DNA of 20,000 nucleotides from Perkinsus olseni (Eukaryota): NCBI GenBank assembly GCA_013115125.1, contig JABANN010000099.1, positions 54,527 to 74,526 of the forward strand, read 5' to 3'. Shown piece by piece: positions 18,901 to 20,000 of this stretch (position 1 is its first letter; each line of letters starts with the position of its first letter). The notes under the pieces were generated by a model. It saw only the letters and a program-made list of their open reading frames with translations, ran no database searches and was not told where the DNA came from. The position numbers and the translations under genes were made by a program.

Positions 18901-20000
18901 ATGAAGCTTTCCCTTCTCCTCGCTCGTTCGATCCTGGCCGCGGTGGTTGCTCAGGGACCGCCTAGAAGGACCTGCAGTCAGACCAGCTTCTGTCGACGTT
19001 ACCGAGACTGGATTGGCCTATCAGAGGAGTTTAGATGTTCTTATTATGTATGAGATCTCTCCGGTAATTACAAGGATTACCTCGACTTCAGGTCCCCGCA
19101 AGTCCTCTCTGCAGCAGTTCCACTGGCACATTCAACGCCACCGTCAGGCTCAGCGCCCTCGGTGAAGAAGGTCTCGACGTGTTCCTACTGCAGGTTAGTT
19201 CTGACTGCGGTACCTGTCGAGTCCCTCAGTGAATCTCTGCTAGCTACGCTTCTACGAGGATGGAACTTTCCGCTTCACAATGGATGAGAACCATGCTATC
19301 GTTGGAGACATCAGGACTAGGTGGAGATGCCACGGACATCCTCACGTCCAACCCGTCGTCTGATCAGATACGTCATCCCCTCTGGCGATATTATTCAGGA
19401 CGATCATATGTGCCGAACGAAACCGTCATCTCTGGGACAGGGGCCTCTGGATGCCGACGTCGGTCCGCCTCTTTTCTTAGAAGGGAACTGGTCCCACACC
19501 AACGACCTCCTCTTTGCTGTGGGTCAACCCGTCTGACACATTAGTGGCTCTAGCTGGAGGTACCTACCCGCGAAAGGCGAGTCTACTCTCGTTGAGATGA
19601 TCTTCGATCGTCTGCAGGTTGCGGAGGAGATCTGACGAGCACTTTCGTTTCCGAGTCCGGTGTGATCGATCTGCTCCTCTACCCTGGCATGAAGCCTCAA
19701 GAAGTATTTCCACTCCTCTTATCATCACTCAAGTCAGCATGATCTCGCCCTCAGTTCTCAACTGCCTACCATCGGACGACGGGGTTGCCGACCCTCCCTC
19801 CACTCTTCGGTTTGGGGTTCCATCGCAGTCGTTATGCCGTCGAGGTGAGCTCGTGTATTTGGGCGGCTTCTGACAGTCCTCGTGGCAGAGCCAACAAGAT
19901 ATTTACAATTTGGCTTATAAGTACACAGACAAAGGTTTCCCGGTGGACGTCTTCTGGCTTGACATCGAGCACACAAATGGGAAAGATGTACCGTCGGCTC
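18901..20000 (+). CDS. Second GH31 glucosidase II alpha-like paralog, 5' part running off the window; internal deletion, possibly a pseudogene
   Basis: Signal peptide followed by RTCSQTSFCRRYR (18901-19047). Exons 19092-19193 (102 nt) and 19244-19320 (77 nt) have the same lengths as exons 2 and 3 of the minus-strand copy. Later motifs: [33 protein letters not shown] and FPVDVFWLDIEHT. The equivalents of copy-1 exons 5-9 are missing. Confidence 0.85.

Noticed and set aside
1-20000. CRISPR array or prokaryotic defence/operon system
   Set aside because: There is no repeat-spacer periodicity, and the genes are spliced eukaryotic genes.

Overview
This is intron-rich eukaryotic DNA, not prokaryotic. 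Most introns are 40-60 nt and GT-AG, with occasional GC donors. The gene structure and a spliced-leader-like relic suggest a Perkinsus-like alveolate (inference). Bases 1-4000 are a degraded transposon and intergenic zone: a MULE-like transposase remnant, a LINE endonuclease fragment and many palindromes. Two minus-strand genes follow: a prolyl-4-hydroxylase-like gene with two tandem domains, the first apparently catalytically dead, and a ~32-exon ER glucosidase II alpha (GH31) gene. After a divergent strand switch, the plus strand carries an intronless MGCxxS gene, an ecdysteroid/choline-kinase-like gene and the start of a second, internally deleted GH31 paralog. The main find is that, once spliced, the glucosidase II alpha carries a ~65-70 aa calnexin/calreticulin P-domain-like arm inserted into a loop of its catalytic barrel. 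All gene models were spliced by hand and no database searches were run.
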